From positions 26,827 to 90,826 of the forward strand of contig DASZTL010000061.1 of assembly GCA_035548055.1 (NCBI GenBank): a DNA stretch of 64,000 nucleotides, given 5' to 3'. The notes beneath the pieces are model-generated. The model had not been told where the DNA came from and made no database searches. It saw only the letters and a list, made by a program, of their open reading frames with translations. Source of the stretch: Mycobacteriales bacterium (lineage in GTDB: Bacteria; Actinomycetota; Actinomycetes; JAFAQI01). Shown in pieces: positions 9,212 to 19,434 of the stretch. A program made the translations under genes and the position numbers. Each line of letters starts with the position of its first letter. Within the stretch, counting starts at the first letter, position 1.

Positions 9212-10075
9212 ATGACCCAAACCGCAGCACCCGTCCTCGCTTCAGGCAGTTTCATGATCGGCGGCGATCTCGCGGTGCATCGGCTGGGCTTCGGCGCGAT
9301 GCAGATCACCGGAAAGGGCATCTGGGGCGAACCGGCCGACCGCGACGAGTGCATCCGGGTGCTGCGTCGCGCCGTCGACCTCGGTGTCGACCTGATCGAC
9401 ACTGCGGACTCCTACGGCCCGTATGTCTCGGAGGACCTGATCCGCGAAGCGCTGCACCCCTACCCGGACGGGCTCGTCATCGCGACGAAGGGCGGGCTGA
9501 CCCGACCGGGACCCGGCATCTGGCACGCCGTCGGACGGCCGCTCTACCTGCGGCAATGCGTGGAGATGTCGTTGCGGCGCCTGAAGCTCGAGCGCATCGA
9601 CCTCTACCAGCTGCACCGCGTGGACGCGCAGACGCCGATGGAGGACTCGCTGGGGGAGCTCGGCCGGCTGCAGCAGGAGGGGAAGATCCGCCACATCGGC
9701 GTCTCCGAGGTCGACGTCGACACCATCGCGGCGATGCGCCAGATCGTCGATGTCGTGTCCGTGCAGAACCTGTACAACCTCACCGACCGCACCCACGAGC
9801 CGGTGCTCGACTACTGCGAGCGGGAGGGCATCGGCTTCATCCCCTGGTTCCCGCTCGCGACCGGTGAGCTGGCGGCCGACGGCGGACCGCTTGCGGGCGT
9901 TGCAGGTCGTCACTCGGCCACTGCGTCGCAGCTGGCTCTCGCCTGGCTGCTGCGCCGCTCTGCCGTGATGCTCCCGATTCCCGGTACGTCATCGGTGGCG
10001 CATCTCGAGGAGAACTGCGCGGCGGCCGAGGTGGAGCTGACCGACGAGGAGTACGCGACGCTTTCGGCGCTGTAG
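9212..10075 (+). CDS. Aldo/keto reductase
   Basis: [46 protein letters not shown]. Confidence 0.94.
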   Translation: MTQTAAPVLASGSFMIGGDLAVHRLGFGAMQITGKGIWGEPADRDECIRVLRRAVDLGVDLIDTADSYGPYVSEDLIREALHPYPDGLVIATKGGLTRPGPGIWHAVGRPLYLRQCVEMSLRRLKLERIDLYQLHRVDAQTPMEDSLGELGRLQQEGKIRHIGVSEVDVDTIAAMRQIVDVVSVQNLYNLTDRTHEPVLDYCEREGIGFIPWFPLATGELAADGGPLAGVAGRHSATASQLALAWLLRRSAVMLPIPGTSSVAHLEENCAAAEVELTDEEYATLSAL

Positions 10076-10134
10076 CACGCCCGCGTGGCGCCACTGGATG
10101 TCACGCTTCCCCGTCCTGGGTAGAGTCCCCGCTC

Positions 10135-11733
10135 GTGCCGGTGCTTCCCGATCGCGTCGACCGAGACGCGCCGGAGTTCGCGGCTCGCCGCGAGGCACTG
10201 CTGGACCTGCTCGCCGAGCACGACCGGCAGCTGGCGCTGGCGAATGCGGGTGGCGGCGAGCGTGCGGTCGCGCGTCACCGTCAGCGCGGAAAGCTGTTGC
10301 CGCGGGAGCGGGTGGAGCTGCTGCTCGATCCGGACTCGCCCTTTCTCGAGCTCTCGCCGCTGTGCGCCTGGGGCACGAGCTACACCGTCGGCGGCAGCGT
10401 CGTCACCGGGATCGGTGTGGTCGAGGGCACCGAAGTGCTCATTCAGGCCCACGACCCGACGGTCCGGGGCGGCGCGATCAACCCTTTCGGCGCGAAGAAG
10501 CAAGGACGCGCCTCGCAGATCGCTCACGAGAACCGGCTGCCGGTCGTCAACCTCGTCGAGTCAGGCGGCGCGGACCTGCCGACCCAGAGTGAGATCTTCA
10601 TCCCGGGCGGGTCCGGGTTCCGGGACTTGACGCAGAAGTCGGCGGCGGGGATCCCCACCATCTCGCTGGTCTTCGGCAACTCGACAGCAGGCGGGGCCTA
10701 CGTCCCCGGCATGTCCGACTACATCGTCATGGTCGAAGGGCGGGCGAAGGTCTTCCTGGGCGGACCGCCGCTGGTGAAGATGGCGACCGGCGAGGTCTCC
10801 GATGACGAGGAGCTCGGCGGTGCCGAGATGCATGCACGGACGAGCGGCCTCGCGGACTACCTCGCGGTCGACGAGCACGACGCGATCCGCATCGGCCGGC
10901 AGATCGTGCGCCGACTGAACCGGCGCAAGCTCGGCCGGGTACCGATGGCGTCGTACTCCGAGCCGCTCTACGACATCGACGATCTGCTGGGCATCGTGCC
11001 GACCGACCTGCGTGAGCCGTTCGACCCGCGCGACGTACTCGCCCGGATCCTCGACGGCAGCGAGTTCGACGAGTTCAAGCCGCTGTACGGCTCGTCGCTG
11101 GTCACCGGGTTCGGGCAGCTTCACGGCTATCCCATTGGCGTCCTCGCCAATGCGCGCGGCGTGCTCTTCAACGAGGAGAGCGAAAAGGCGGCGCAGTTCA
11201 TCCAGCTCGCCAACCAGAGCGACACGCCACTGCTGTTCTTGCAGAACACGACCGGCTACATGGTCGGCAAGGAGTACGAGCAGCGGGGCATCATCAAGGC
11301 CGGCGCGCAGATGATCAACGCAGTCTCCAACAGCGACGTCCCGCACTTCACGATCAACATGGGTGCGTCGTACGGCGCCGGCAACTACGGCATGTGCGGA
11401 CGCGCATACAACCCACGGGTGCTCTTCACCTGGCCCAACGCGAAATCCGCGGTCATGGGTCCGGCACAGCTCGCCGGCGTGCTGTCGATCGTTGCGCGCG
11501 CTTCTGCGGAGGCGAAGGGTCAGCCGTACGACGAGGCCGCCGACGCTGCGATGCGGGAGATGGTCGAGAACCAGATCGAGGCGGAGAGCAAGGCGTTGTT
11601 CCTCACGGCGCGCGTCTATGACGACGGGATCATCGATCCGCGCGACACCCGGACCGTGCTCGGGATGTCACTGTCGGTGGCGCACAACAACGAGGTAAAG
11701 GGACGCCGCGGCTTCGGCGTCTTCAGGATGTGA
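10135..11733 (+). CDS. Acyl-CoA carboxylase, carboxyltransferase (beta) subunit
   Basis: GKLLPRERVELLLDPDSPFLE, STAGGAYVP, GASYGAGNYGMCGRAY, DDGIIDPRDTR. Confidence 0.95.
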   Translation: MPVLPDRVDRDAPEFAARREALLDLLAEHDRQLALANAGGGERAVARHRQRGKLLPRERVELLLDPDSPFLELSPLCAWGTSYTVGGSVVTGIGVVEGTEVLIQAHDPTVRGGAINPFGAKKQGRASQIAHENRLPVVNLVESGGADLPTQSEIFIPGGSGFRDLTQKSAAGIPTISLVFGNSTAGGAYVPGMSDYIVMVEGRAKVFLGGPPLVKMATGEVSDDEELGGAEMHARTSGLADYLAVDEHDAIRIGRQIVRRLNRRKLGRVPMASYSEPLYDIDDLLGIVPTDLREPFDPRDVLARILDGSEFDEFKPLYGSSLVTGFGQLHGYPIGVLANARGVLFNEESEKAAQFIQLANQSDTPLLFLQNTTGYMVGKEYEQRGIIKAGAQMINAVSNSDVPHFTINMGASYGAGNYGMCGRAYNPRVLFTWPNAKSAVMGPAQLAGVLSIVARASAEAKGQPYDEAADAAMREMVENQIEAESKALFLTARVYDDGIIDPRDTRTVLGMSLSVAHNNEVKGRRGFGVFRM

Positions 11734-13706
11734 GCGCCGTGCCGTCCATTCGCCGGATCCTTGTCGCAAACCGCGGTGAGATCGCGCGCCGCGTCTTCCG
11801 GACCGCACGGGAGATGGGCATCGGCACGGTCGCCGTCTACAGCGACGCCGACGCCCACATGCCGTTCGTGCGTGACGCCGACCAGTCCGTACGGCTGCCC
11901 GGCAACACCCCGGCGGAGACCTACCTCCGTGGCGACCTGGTCATCGCCGCGGCGAAGGCGGCGGGGGCTGACGCGATCCACCCTGGCTACGGCTTCCTCT
12001 CCGAGAACGCGTCGTTCGCGCGAGCCGTCGTCGCGGCCGGGCTGAGCTGGATCGGGCCGCCGGCCGACGCGATCGAGGCGATGGGATCGAAGCTCGGCGC
12101 GAAGCGCATGATGCGTGACGCCGGCGTGCCCACCTTGCCATGGGCGGAGTCGGCCGACGGCGCGGCGGACGTCGGCTTCCCGCTGTTGGTGAAGGCGTCG
12201 GCAGGCGGCGGCGGTCGCGGCATGCGGATCGTCCGCGAGCCGGGGGAGCTCACCGAGGCGATCGACGCCGCCAGTCGTGAGGCGGCCGGCGCGTTCGGCG
12301 ACGCGACAGTGTTCTGCGAGCGCTATCTCGAATCGCCGCGCCACATAGAGGTCCAGGTCTTCGCGGACACGCATGGCAATGTCGTCTCGCTGTTCGAGCG
12401 CGAGTGCTCGATCCAACGACGGCACCAGAAGATCGTGGAAGAGGCACCGTCGCCCGCAGTCGACGAGGCTCTCCGCACGCAGCTTGGCGAGGCGGCCGTT
12501 GCGGCTGCCCGGGCTGTCGGCTACGTCGGAGCCGGCACTGTCGAGTTCGTCATGGCGCCCGACTCGTCGTACGCGTTCCTCGAGATGAACACCCGCCTGC
12601 AGGTCGAGCACCCGGTGACCGAATGCATCACCGGTCTCGACCTGGTGCGGCTGCAGATCCTCGTCGCGTCCGGTGAGCCGCTGCCCCCCGAAGCGCTCGT
12701 CCCGACCATCGACGGCCACGCGATCGAGGTCCGGCTCTACGCCGAGGACGCGGTCAACGGGTTCCTGCCCGTGACCGGGACCCTGCGCGCCTTCGACATC
12801 GCCCCCGGGGTTCGTTGCGACGCCGGCGTCGAGGCGGGGAGCTCGGTCTCGCCGTACTACGACGCGATGATCGCCAAGGTCATCGCCCACGCGCCGAGTC
12901 GTGGCGAAGCGGCCGCTCGCCTTGCGTCAGCGCTGAGTGCTTCGCGCATCCACGGCGTGACAACCAATCGTGACCTGCTCGTCCGCCTCCTTGCCGAGGC
13001 CGACTTCCTTTCCGGAGCCACCGACACCGGCTACCTCGATCGCCACGACCCAGCGGAACTGGGCGCGACGTTGGTCGACGACACGGGTCGCCGTCACCAC
13101 GCCGCGGTCGCCGCGCTCGCGATCCAGGCGTCGAACCGCGCCGCGGCGCGAGCGTGGTCGAGCATCCCGAGCGGATGGCGCAACAACCCGTCACAACGAC
13201 AGCAAGTCGTGCTTGCCGACGGCGAGCTCGAGTTCAAGGTGACGTACGTCGTCGGGCGCGGAGGCGCTGTCGAGGTGGCAGTCGATGACGAGGCGGTCGA
13301 GGTCGACATCCATTCCGTCAGGGCCGAGCTCGTCGATGCCACGGTCGACGGAGTTCGGCGTCGCTATGCGGTGGCGGTCGGCGCGAGTGGCGCCACAGTC
13401 GACGTCGACTCACCGCTCGGGGCATCGTCGTTCGGCGTCGTTCCTCGCTTCGAGGATCCGTCCCATCACGTGGCGGCCGGGTCGCTCGTCGCGCCGATGC
13501 CGGGATCAGTCGTCCGCGTTCTCGTCCAGTCCGGCGCATCGGTCACGAAGGGCGACCCGCTGATCGTCCTCGAGGCGATGAAGATGGAGCACACGGTGGC
13601 CAGCCCGGCCGACGGAACCGTCAGCGAGGTGCGGGTGCAGGCCGGCCAGCAGGTAGACGCCGGCTCGGTGCTGGTGGTCGTCGACTCAGACGGAACCGAC
13701 ACGTAG
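11730..13706 (+). CDS. Acyl-CoA carboxylase alpha subunit (biotin carboxylase plus biotinyl domain)
   Basis: ILVANRGEIA, IHPGYGFLSEN, ERECSIQRRHQK, EMNTRLQVEHPVTE, EAMKM biotinylation motif. Confidence 0.96.
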   Translation: MSAVPSIRRILVANRGEIARRVFRTAREMGIGTVAVYSDADAHMPFVRDADQSVRLPGNTPAETYLRGDLVIAAAKAAGADAIHPGYGFLSENASFARAVVAAGLSWIGPPADAIEAMGSKLGAKRMMRDAGVPTLPWAESADGAADVGFPLLVKASAGGGGRGMRIVREPGELTEAIDAASREAAGAFGDATVFCERYLESPRHIEVQVFADTHGNVVSLFERECSIQRRHQKIVEEAPSPAVDEALRTQLGEAAVAAARAVGYVGAGTVEFVMAPDSSYAFLEMNTRLQVEHPVTECITGLDLVRLQILVASGEPLPPEALVPTIDGHAIEVRLYAEDAVNGFLPVTGTLRAFDIAPGVRCDAGVEAGSSVSPYYDAMIAKVIAHAPSRGEAAARLASALSASRIHGVTTNRDLLVRLLAEADFLSGATDTGYLDRHDPAELGATLVDDTGRRHHAAVAALAIQASNRAAARAWSSIPSGWRNNPSQRQQVVLADGELEFKVTYVVGRGGAVEVAVDDEAVEVDIHSVRAELVDATVDGVRRRYAVAVGASGATVDVDSPLGASSFGVVPRFEDPSHHVAAGSLVAPMPGSVVRVLVQSGASVTKGDPLIVLEAMKMEHTVASPADGTVSEVRVQAGQQVDAGSVLVVVDSDGTDT

Positions 13707-13745
13707 CGCGAAACGTCTCACCTGCAGTCAAGGTGGGGAGGCGTC

Positions 13746-14783
13746 ATGCGACTCGGTCACAAGGCCCGGATCGGGCTGATCGGGACATGTGCGGTGCTGG
13801 TCGCGCTCATCGCTACTGCGTTCGCGGTGGGCGGATCACAGCCGAACAACGACGCGGGCGGGTCCGCGTCGGTAGGTGTTGCCGCGCGACCAGCAGACAG
13901 CTTCGCGCTCCGGCACACGTCCAACAGCGGCGGCAGCGTCGCGCCGGAGCCAGTGGTCGCGCCCGGACTCGCCGCGCCGACCACTGACCAGGCCGCAGCG
14001 TCGGAGGACGCTGTCGCCGGCGTCACGCCGTCGGGCAGAACTGCCGCTTCGGCGGGTGCCAGCTCGGCTGGTGGTGGCGCCGACCTCGGTGCGAGCCGGA
14101 TCGTGAAGACCGGCAACCTCACCATCCGGGTCCCGAAGCTCAGCGTGCAGGACACCGCGCGAGCACTGACCGGTCTCGCGACGGCGCAGGGTGGGTACGT
14201 CTCCGGCAGCAACGCGAGCCTTGAGACCGCAAGCCCATATGCCGAGGTCGTCCTTCGAATTCCCGTCGCACACTTCCAGGACGCGATCACGGCGGCCGAG
14301 AAGCTGGGCCAGAAGGTCGTGTCACTGACGACGTCGGCGGATGACGTCACCGGGAAGTACGTCGACCTCTCGGCCAAGAAGCACGCGCTCGAGCGGACCC
14401 GCTCGACGTACCTGACGATTCTGTCGCGGGCACGGACGATCGGGGCGACGTTGGCCGTGCAGCAGCGCATCGACGGCGTTCAGCAGCAGATCGACCAGTT
14501 GCATGGTCAACTCAAGCTGCTCGGCAGCCAGTCGTCGTACTCGACCTTGACCGTCGATGTCGTGTCGGACACGCGGGCCTTCGCCGCGGTACATCAACGC
14601 GACGGCATCGACAAGGCGTGGCACGACTCATGGAGCCGGTTCGATCGGGGGGTCAACGCCATCGTGGGAGCGATCGGGCCGGTCGTCTTCGCGGTCCTGT
14701 TGCTCGGATTGGTGGGCCTGATCGGCCTCGGCGGGTACCGCGGCTTCCGCCGGATCAACCAGCGCCCTCACGCGACGTCCTAG
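13746..14783 (+). CDS. DUF4349-type membrane-anchored protein
   Basis: N-terminal hydrophobic segment, IVKTGNLTI...DVTGKYVDL coiled region, C-terminal TM helix. Confidence 0.75.
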   Translation: MRLGHKARIGLIGTCAVLVALIATAFAVGGSQPNNDAGGSASVGVAARPADSFALRHTSNSGGSVAPEPVVAPGLAAPTTDQAAASEDAVAGVTPSGRTAASAGASSAGGGADLGASRIVKTGNLTIRVPKLSVQDTARALTGLATAQGGYVSGSNASLETASPYAEVVLRIPVAHFQDAITAAEKLGQKVVSLTTSADDVTGKYVDLSAKKHALERTRSTYLTILSRARTIGATLAVQQRIDGVQQQIDQLHGQLKLLGSQSSYSTLTVDVVSDTRAFAAVHQRDGIDKAWHDSWSRFDRGVNAIVGAIGPVVFAVLLLGLVGLIGLGGYRGFRRINQRPHATS

Positions 14784-14824
14784 GCGAGGCAGGAAACCCA
14801 CCGGCTGAACCGTATTCTGCTGAG

Positions 14825-15970
14825 GTGCAAAGGGACCTCTACACAGAAGACCATGACGCCTTTCGCGACACCGCCCGCGGGTTCGTCGAGCGCTACATCT
14901 CGCCGCACCACGACGAGTGGGAGAAGGACGGCGTCGTCGATCGTGGCGTCTGGGTGGAGGCCGGCAAGCACGGCTTGCTCGGCTTCGAGATCGAGGAGCA
15001 GTACGGCGGCGGGGGAGTCCACGACTTCCGCTACAACGCCGTCCTCTCCGAGGAGCTGATCCGGGCCGGCGCGAGCGGCGTCGGCTTCGGGCTGCACAAC
15101 GACGTGTCCGCGCCGTACTTCGACCGGCTCGCCACGCCGGAGCAGAAGGAACGCTGGCTGCCGAAGTTCTGCAGCGGTGAGCTGATCTCCGCGATCGCGA
15201 TGACCGAGCCGGCGGCCGGCTCTGACCTGCAGGGCATCAAGACGACCGCGGTGCGCGACGGTGACGACTGGATCCTCAACGGCCAGAAGACGTTCATCAC
15301 CAACGGGATCAACTCCGACCTCGTGATCGTCGTCGCGAAGACCGATCCGGAGGCGAAGGCCTCTGCCGGCACCTCGCTGCTGATCGTCGAGCGCGACATG
15401 CCGGGGTTCGAGCGAGGCCGCAACCTCAACAAGGTCGGTATGAAGGCGCAGGACACTGCCGAGCTCTTCTTCACCAACGTGCGGGTGCCGGGCAACAACC
15501 TGCTCGGCGGGGAGAACCGCGGCTTCATCCACCTGATGGAGAACTTGCCGCAGGAGCGGCTCTCCATCGCAGTTGGTGCGGTTGCGTCGGCCGAGCAGGT
15601 GCTTGCGACGACGATCGAGTACTGCAAGACGCGGACCGCGTTCGGCAAGCCGATCGGATCGTTCCAGAACTCGCGGTTCGTGCTTGCCGAGCTCGCTACC
15701 GAGGTCGAGATCGCGCGCCACTACCTGAACAAGTCGATCCTCGAGCACAACGCGGGCCGGTTCTCCGCGGTCGATGCGGCGATGGCGAAGTGGTGGACCA
15801 CGGAGCTGCAGAAGAAGGTCATCGACTCCTGCTTGCAGCTGCACGGCGGTTACGGCTACATGCTCGAGTACCCGGTCGCGAAGGCGTTCATCGACAGTCG
15901 GGTACAGACGATCTATGGCGGCACCACGGAGATCATGAAGGAGATCGTCGGCCGCTCCCTCGGCGTCTAA
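14825..15970 (+). CDS. Long-chain-type acyl-CoA dehydrogenase
   Basis: AIAMTEPAAGSDLQ, WILNGQKTFITNG, LQLHGGYGYMLEYPVA, IYGGTTEIMKE; start moved to GTG at 14825 (TATTCT 7 nt upstream). Confidence 0.94.
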   Translation: MQRDLYTEDHDAFRDTARGFVERYISPHHDEWEKDGVVDRGVWVEAGKHGLLGFEIEEQYGGGGVHDFRYNAVLSEELIRAGASGVGFGLHNDVSAPYFDRLATPEQKERWLPKFCSGELISAIAMTEPAAGSDLQGIKTTAVRDGDDWILNGQKTFITNGINSDLVIVVAKTDPEAKASAGTSLLIVERDMPGFERGRNLNKVGMKAQDTAELFFTNVRVPGNNLLGGENRGFIHLMENLPQERLSIAVGAVASAEQVLATTIEYCKTRTAFGKPIGSFQNSRFVLAELATEVEIARHYLNKSILEHNAGRFSAVDAAMAKWWTTELQKKVIDSCLQLHGGYGYMLEYPVAKAFIDSRVQTIYGGTTEIMKEIVGRSLGV

Positions 15971-15976
15971 CCCACC

Positions 15977-17551
15977 GTGATCTTGACGAAGAAGGCGTCC
16001 AAGAGGCGTCCAGCGGGCCTTGTCGTCAAGATCGCCGCGCTCTTGCTGGCGATCGCTCCGGCCGTCGCCGCCGCGACGCCAGCTCGTACGCCGGTCGGCG
16101 GGACGCTCGTCGACCTTTGCTACGACTCGCTTGGCCAGCCGCTGAACTCGCCGCAGTACGCGACTTGTCGCGGGTTCCAGGCCGCTGTCGACTCGGTGGC
16201 CTCGCTGTGCCGGATGCCGATGCGGTCGTTGCCGAACCAGGCGTTGATCGCTGACTGCGGGCTGGTCGACGGCCGGTCGATCAGCGAGCAGCAGATCGCG
16301 GCGTACCGCAAGACCTGGGTGTCGAAGGCAATCGTTGCGCAGCAGGAGCTCGCCCGATCCTCGCCGCTGTATGAGGCGCAGATCGCGGGCACCCACAACT
16401 CGTTCAACGCCTCGTCGTACCTGGTCCCGCTGGACGGGAAGCCGATCGAGTACTTTCCGTCGCTGACCAACCAGGATCCGAACCAGGTCTACTCCATCAC
16501 CGACCAGCTGCGGATGGGGATCCGTGGGCTGGAGATCGACCTCCACTGGGTGCCGAGCATCTACGGCAGCGTCGCTACGGGCGGCTACTGGGTGGACGTC
16601 TGTCATGGGCAGTCGACCGCGATCCCGGATACCGGGCAGTCGATCCATGTCGGCTGCACCACCGACAGGTCGCTGCAGAACACGCTCGCCGAGATCCGCG
16701 CCTGGCTGAAGGCGCACCCGCACCAGTTCCTGCTCCTCTACCTGGAGAACCAGCTCGACGACAACGTGCAAGGTCACAACCTCGCCGCATCACTCATCAA
16801 GCAGGCGTTCGGGCACCTCGTGTACCGCCCACCGGGCTCGCTCAAGGCGGGCGACTGTGCGCAGATGCCATACGGCAAGAGCGAAGCCGCCATGGCGCGA
16901 GGCGGACACCGGGTGTTGCTCGTCGGCAACTGCGGGCCTGGCAACGCGTGGAACCACTGGGTGTTCACCCGCGGCGACAAGTGGAACGAGGGCGGCAACC
17001 CCACGACGTACGGCGCGAAGGACTGCGCGGCCGATACCAAAGCGCGCGAGTCGCACTCGGTGTTCAGGCGTTGGTATGAGGAGAGCCCGTTCCTCGAGGC
17101 CGTGATGGGGGCGACCCAGACGCTGACCCCGCACGCGCTCCGGCAGATGGTCCGGTGCGGGGTCAACCTCACCGGTATCGACCAGCTGATGCCCTCCGAC
17201 GGCCGGCTCAAGGCGTTCATCTGGAGCTGGGCGCCGGGGCAGCCGGGGGTTCGGCGTGGTTGCGCCTATCAGGGCACGGACGGACGCTTCCACGCAGGTA
17301 GCTGTCAGGCGAAGCGACATGCAGCCTGTGTCGGCCCGCACGACAAGTGGCACGTGACTGACAAGGTCGGCGTGCAGCGACGCGGTCAGCAGATGTGCAG
17401 TCAACAGTTCCCGGGGAGCCGGTTCGGCGTACCGCCTAATGGCCTGCGCAATGCCGAGGTGCACCGCGCCCGCCCCGCCAGACGCTCGACAGTCTGGTTG
17501 AACTACGCCGTGGTGCACGGCCGGTGGCGCGTGGATAGGGTCCCCGGGTGA
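15977..17551 (+). CDS. Secreted PI-PLC X-domain-like protein with Cys-rich C-terminal domain (Rv2075c-like)
   Basis: Signal peptide; GTHNSFN, DQLRMGIRGLEIDLHW and VCHG (PLC-like His motifs); C-terminal Cys-rich module. Confidence 0.7.
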   Translation: MILTKKASKRRPAGLVVKIAALLLAIAPAVAAATPARTPVGGTLVDLCYDSLGQPLNSPQYATCRGFQAAVDSVASLCRMPMRSLPNQALIADCGLVDGRSISEQQIAAYRKTWVSKAIVAQQELARSSPLYEAQIAGTHNSFNASSYLVPLDGKPIEYFPSLTNQDPNQVYSITDQLRMGIRGLEIDLHWVPSIYGSVATGGYWVDVCHGQSTAIPDTGQSIHVGCTTDRSLQNTLAEIRAWLKAHPHQFLLLYLENQLDDNVQGHNLAASLIKQAFGHLVYRPPGSLKAGDCAQMPYGKSEAAMARGGHRVLLVGNCGPGNAWNHWVFTRGDKWNEGGNPTTYGAKDCAADTKARESHSVFRRWYEESPFLEAVMGATQTLTPHALRQMVRCGVNLTGIDQLMPSDGRLKAFIWSWAPGQPGVRRGCAYQGTDGRFHAGSCQAKRHAACVGPHDKWHVTDKVGVQRRGQQMCSQQFPGSRFGVPPNGLRNAEVHRARPARRSTVWLNYAVVHGRWRVDRVPG

Positions 17552-18510
17552 GCAACCGTTACGGCATCACCTTTCCCTTCGACGGTCTGTCCCTTCTCGA
17601 GCAGCGACCTGTCGTCGAGTCACTGGCCGATCTCGGCTACACGGATCTGTGGTCGGCAGAATCGAACGGGTACGACGGCTTCACGCCGCTGACCCTCGCG
17701 AGCGTCTGGGCTCCGACCCTGCGCCTCGGTGTCGCGATCATCCCCGTCTACACCCGTGGCCCGGCCACTCTCGCGATGTGCGCCGGCAGCCTGGCTGCGG
17801 CCGCTCCGGGTCGCTTCGTCCTGGGGATCGGCACCTCGTCGAACGTCATCGTCGAGAAGTGGAACAGCACGCCGTTCGACGACCCGTACAAGAAGGTTCG
17901 CGACACGTTGCGCTTCCTCAAGCCGGCGTTTGCCGGCGAGAAGGTGACCGAGACCTACGACACCTTCGCGATCGATGGCTTTCGGATGGGGTTCACGCCG
18001 CCCGAGCCGCCGACGGTTCTCGTCGCAGCCCTGCGCGCGGGCATGCTGCGGCTCGCCGGTCGTGAGGCCGACGGCGCCATCACCAACTGGCTGGCGCCAA
18101 CCGATGTCCCGGCCGTCGCGGCTGAGCTCGCCGCCGGCGGCGACGGCAAAGAGCTCGCCGCCCGCATCTTCGTCGCTCCTACCGAGGACAAGGACATGGC
18201 ACGCGCCGTCGGGCGCTTCGCGCTTGCGGCGTACCTGACCGTGCCCGTCTACCGCGCCTTCCACGAGTGGCTCGGCCGGACCGAGCTGATGGCCGGCATG
18301 CAGGAGGCATGGGCGGCCGGAGACCGCAAGGGGGCACTCGCCGCAATCCCGGACGAGCTGGTCGACGACCTCGTCGTACATGGGCACCCGGCCGCCTGTC
18401 GGGAACGGATCCAGGAGTACGTCGCGCACGGCATCACGACGCCGGTGCTCGCCGTCCTGCCGGTCGGGGTCGACGCAGCAACCGCCGCGAAGGAGCTTGC
18501 GCCGCAATGA
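17548..18510 (+). CDS. LLM-class (probably F420-dependent) oxidoreductase
   Basis: GYTDLWSAE, GRFVLGIGTS, MLRLAGREADG. Confidence 0.85.
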   Translation: MSNRYGITFPFDGLSLLEQRPVVESLADLGYTDLWSAESNGYDGFTPLTLASVWAPTLRLGVAIIPVYTRGPATLAMCAGSLAAAAPGRFVLGIGTSSNVIVEKWNSTPFDDPYKKVRDTLRFLKPAFAGEKVTETYDTFAIDGFRMGFTPPEPPTVLVAALRAGMLRLAGREADGAITNWLAPTDVPAVAAELAAGGDGKELAARIFVAPTEDKDMARAVGRFALAAYLTVPVYRAFHEWLGRTELMAGMQEAWAAGDRKGALAAIPDELVDDLVVHGHPAACRERIQEYVAHGITTPVLAVLPVGVDAATAAKELAPQ

Positions 18511-19280
18511 GCGAACCTGTCCTGTACGCCGTCGAGGGCGGCATCGGCATCATCACCCTGAACCGGCCCGACGCCCTCAACGCGTGGACCTTCGAGATGG
18601 GCGTGGAATACCTCCGCGTGCTCGACGAAGCGGCGGCCGACCGCGAGGCGAAGGTCCTCATCGTCACGGGTGCCGGTCGCGGCTTCTGCGCCGGCGCGGA
18701 CATGGGCAGCCTCAAGCAGCTGATCGCCGGGGAGCTCCCGCCGCCGGAAGGCGTTCGTGACGACTTCGCCACCGAGCCCGCCGTACCGAAGCCGGTCATC
18801 GCGGCGATCAACGGTCCGTGCGTCGGTCTCGGGCTGGCCCGTGCCCTCTACTGCGACATCCGATTCCTGCAACGCGGGACCAAGCTGTCCACGGCGTTCG
18901 CCCGCCGTGGCCTCCCGGCTGAAGACGGGCTCGCCTGGCTGATCCCGCGGATCGTCGGATGGTCGAAAGGTCTCGATCTCCTGCTGTCGGCGCGGACCGT
19001 GACAGATGAGGAGGCCCTGGCGCTCGGCCTGGTCAACCAGGTGGTGGACGACGCGCTTGCGTCGGCGAAGGAGTACGCCCGCGACATGGTCACGAACTGC
19101 TCGCCCGCGTCGCTTCGGGAGATCAAGGGCCAGATCTGGGGCGGGGCGGATAGCAGTCTGCAGGACGCCGACAAGCGAGCGAATGAGCTGCTGATGGCGG
19201 CCTTCAAGCGCCCCGACCTCAGCGAGAGCGTCGCGGCCTTCCTGGAGAAGCGCCCCCCAAACTTCCCACCCCTCACCTAG
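18507..19280 (+). CDS. Enoyl-CoA hydratase/isomerase family protein
   Basis: ITLNRPDALNA, GRGFCAGADM, KPVIAAINGPCVG; ATG at 18507 overlaps the upstream stop. Confidence 0.92.
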   Translation: MSEPVLYAVEGGIGIITLNRPDALNAWTFEMGVEYLRVLDEAAADREAKVLIVTGAGRGFCAGADMGSLKQLIAGELPPPEGVRDDFATEPAVPKPVIAAINGPCVGLGLARALYCDIRFLQRGTKLSTAFARRGLPAEDGLAWLIPRIVGWSKGLDLLLSARTVTDEEALALGLVNQVVDDALASAKEYARDMVTNCSPASLREIKGQIWGGADSSLQDADKRANELLMAAFKRPDLSESVAAFLEKRPPNFPPLT

Positions 19281-19289
19281 GCGCGACCT

Positions 19290-19358
19290 CCCCGGTGATC
19301 ATGAGCGCGAATTCACGACACGCCGCGTCGAAGGAATTTGCGCTCATGATCACCGGGG
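19290..19358. repeat. 69-bp palindromic element, left copy
   Basis: Arms 19290-19314 and 19334-19358 are complementary at 24 of 25 positions (one G-T); loop contains GACACGCCG. Confidence 0.9.
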
Positions 19359-19434
19359 TCGGTGGGCGAGAGATCTATCCACAGACCGGCGTTGGGCCGC
19401 TCAGTCAGCTCGCCAGCTCGCCGAGTGTGCGCTG

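Noticed and set aside
13746-14783. DUF4349 gene interrupting the carboxylase and acyl-CoA dehydrogenase run as a mobile insertion
   Set aside because: No flanking repeats or compositional shift noticed; ordinary gene shuffling explains it
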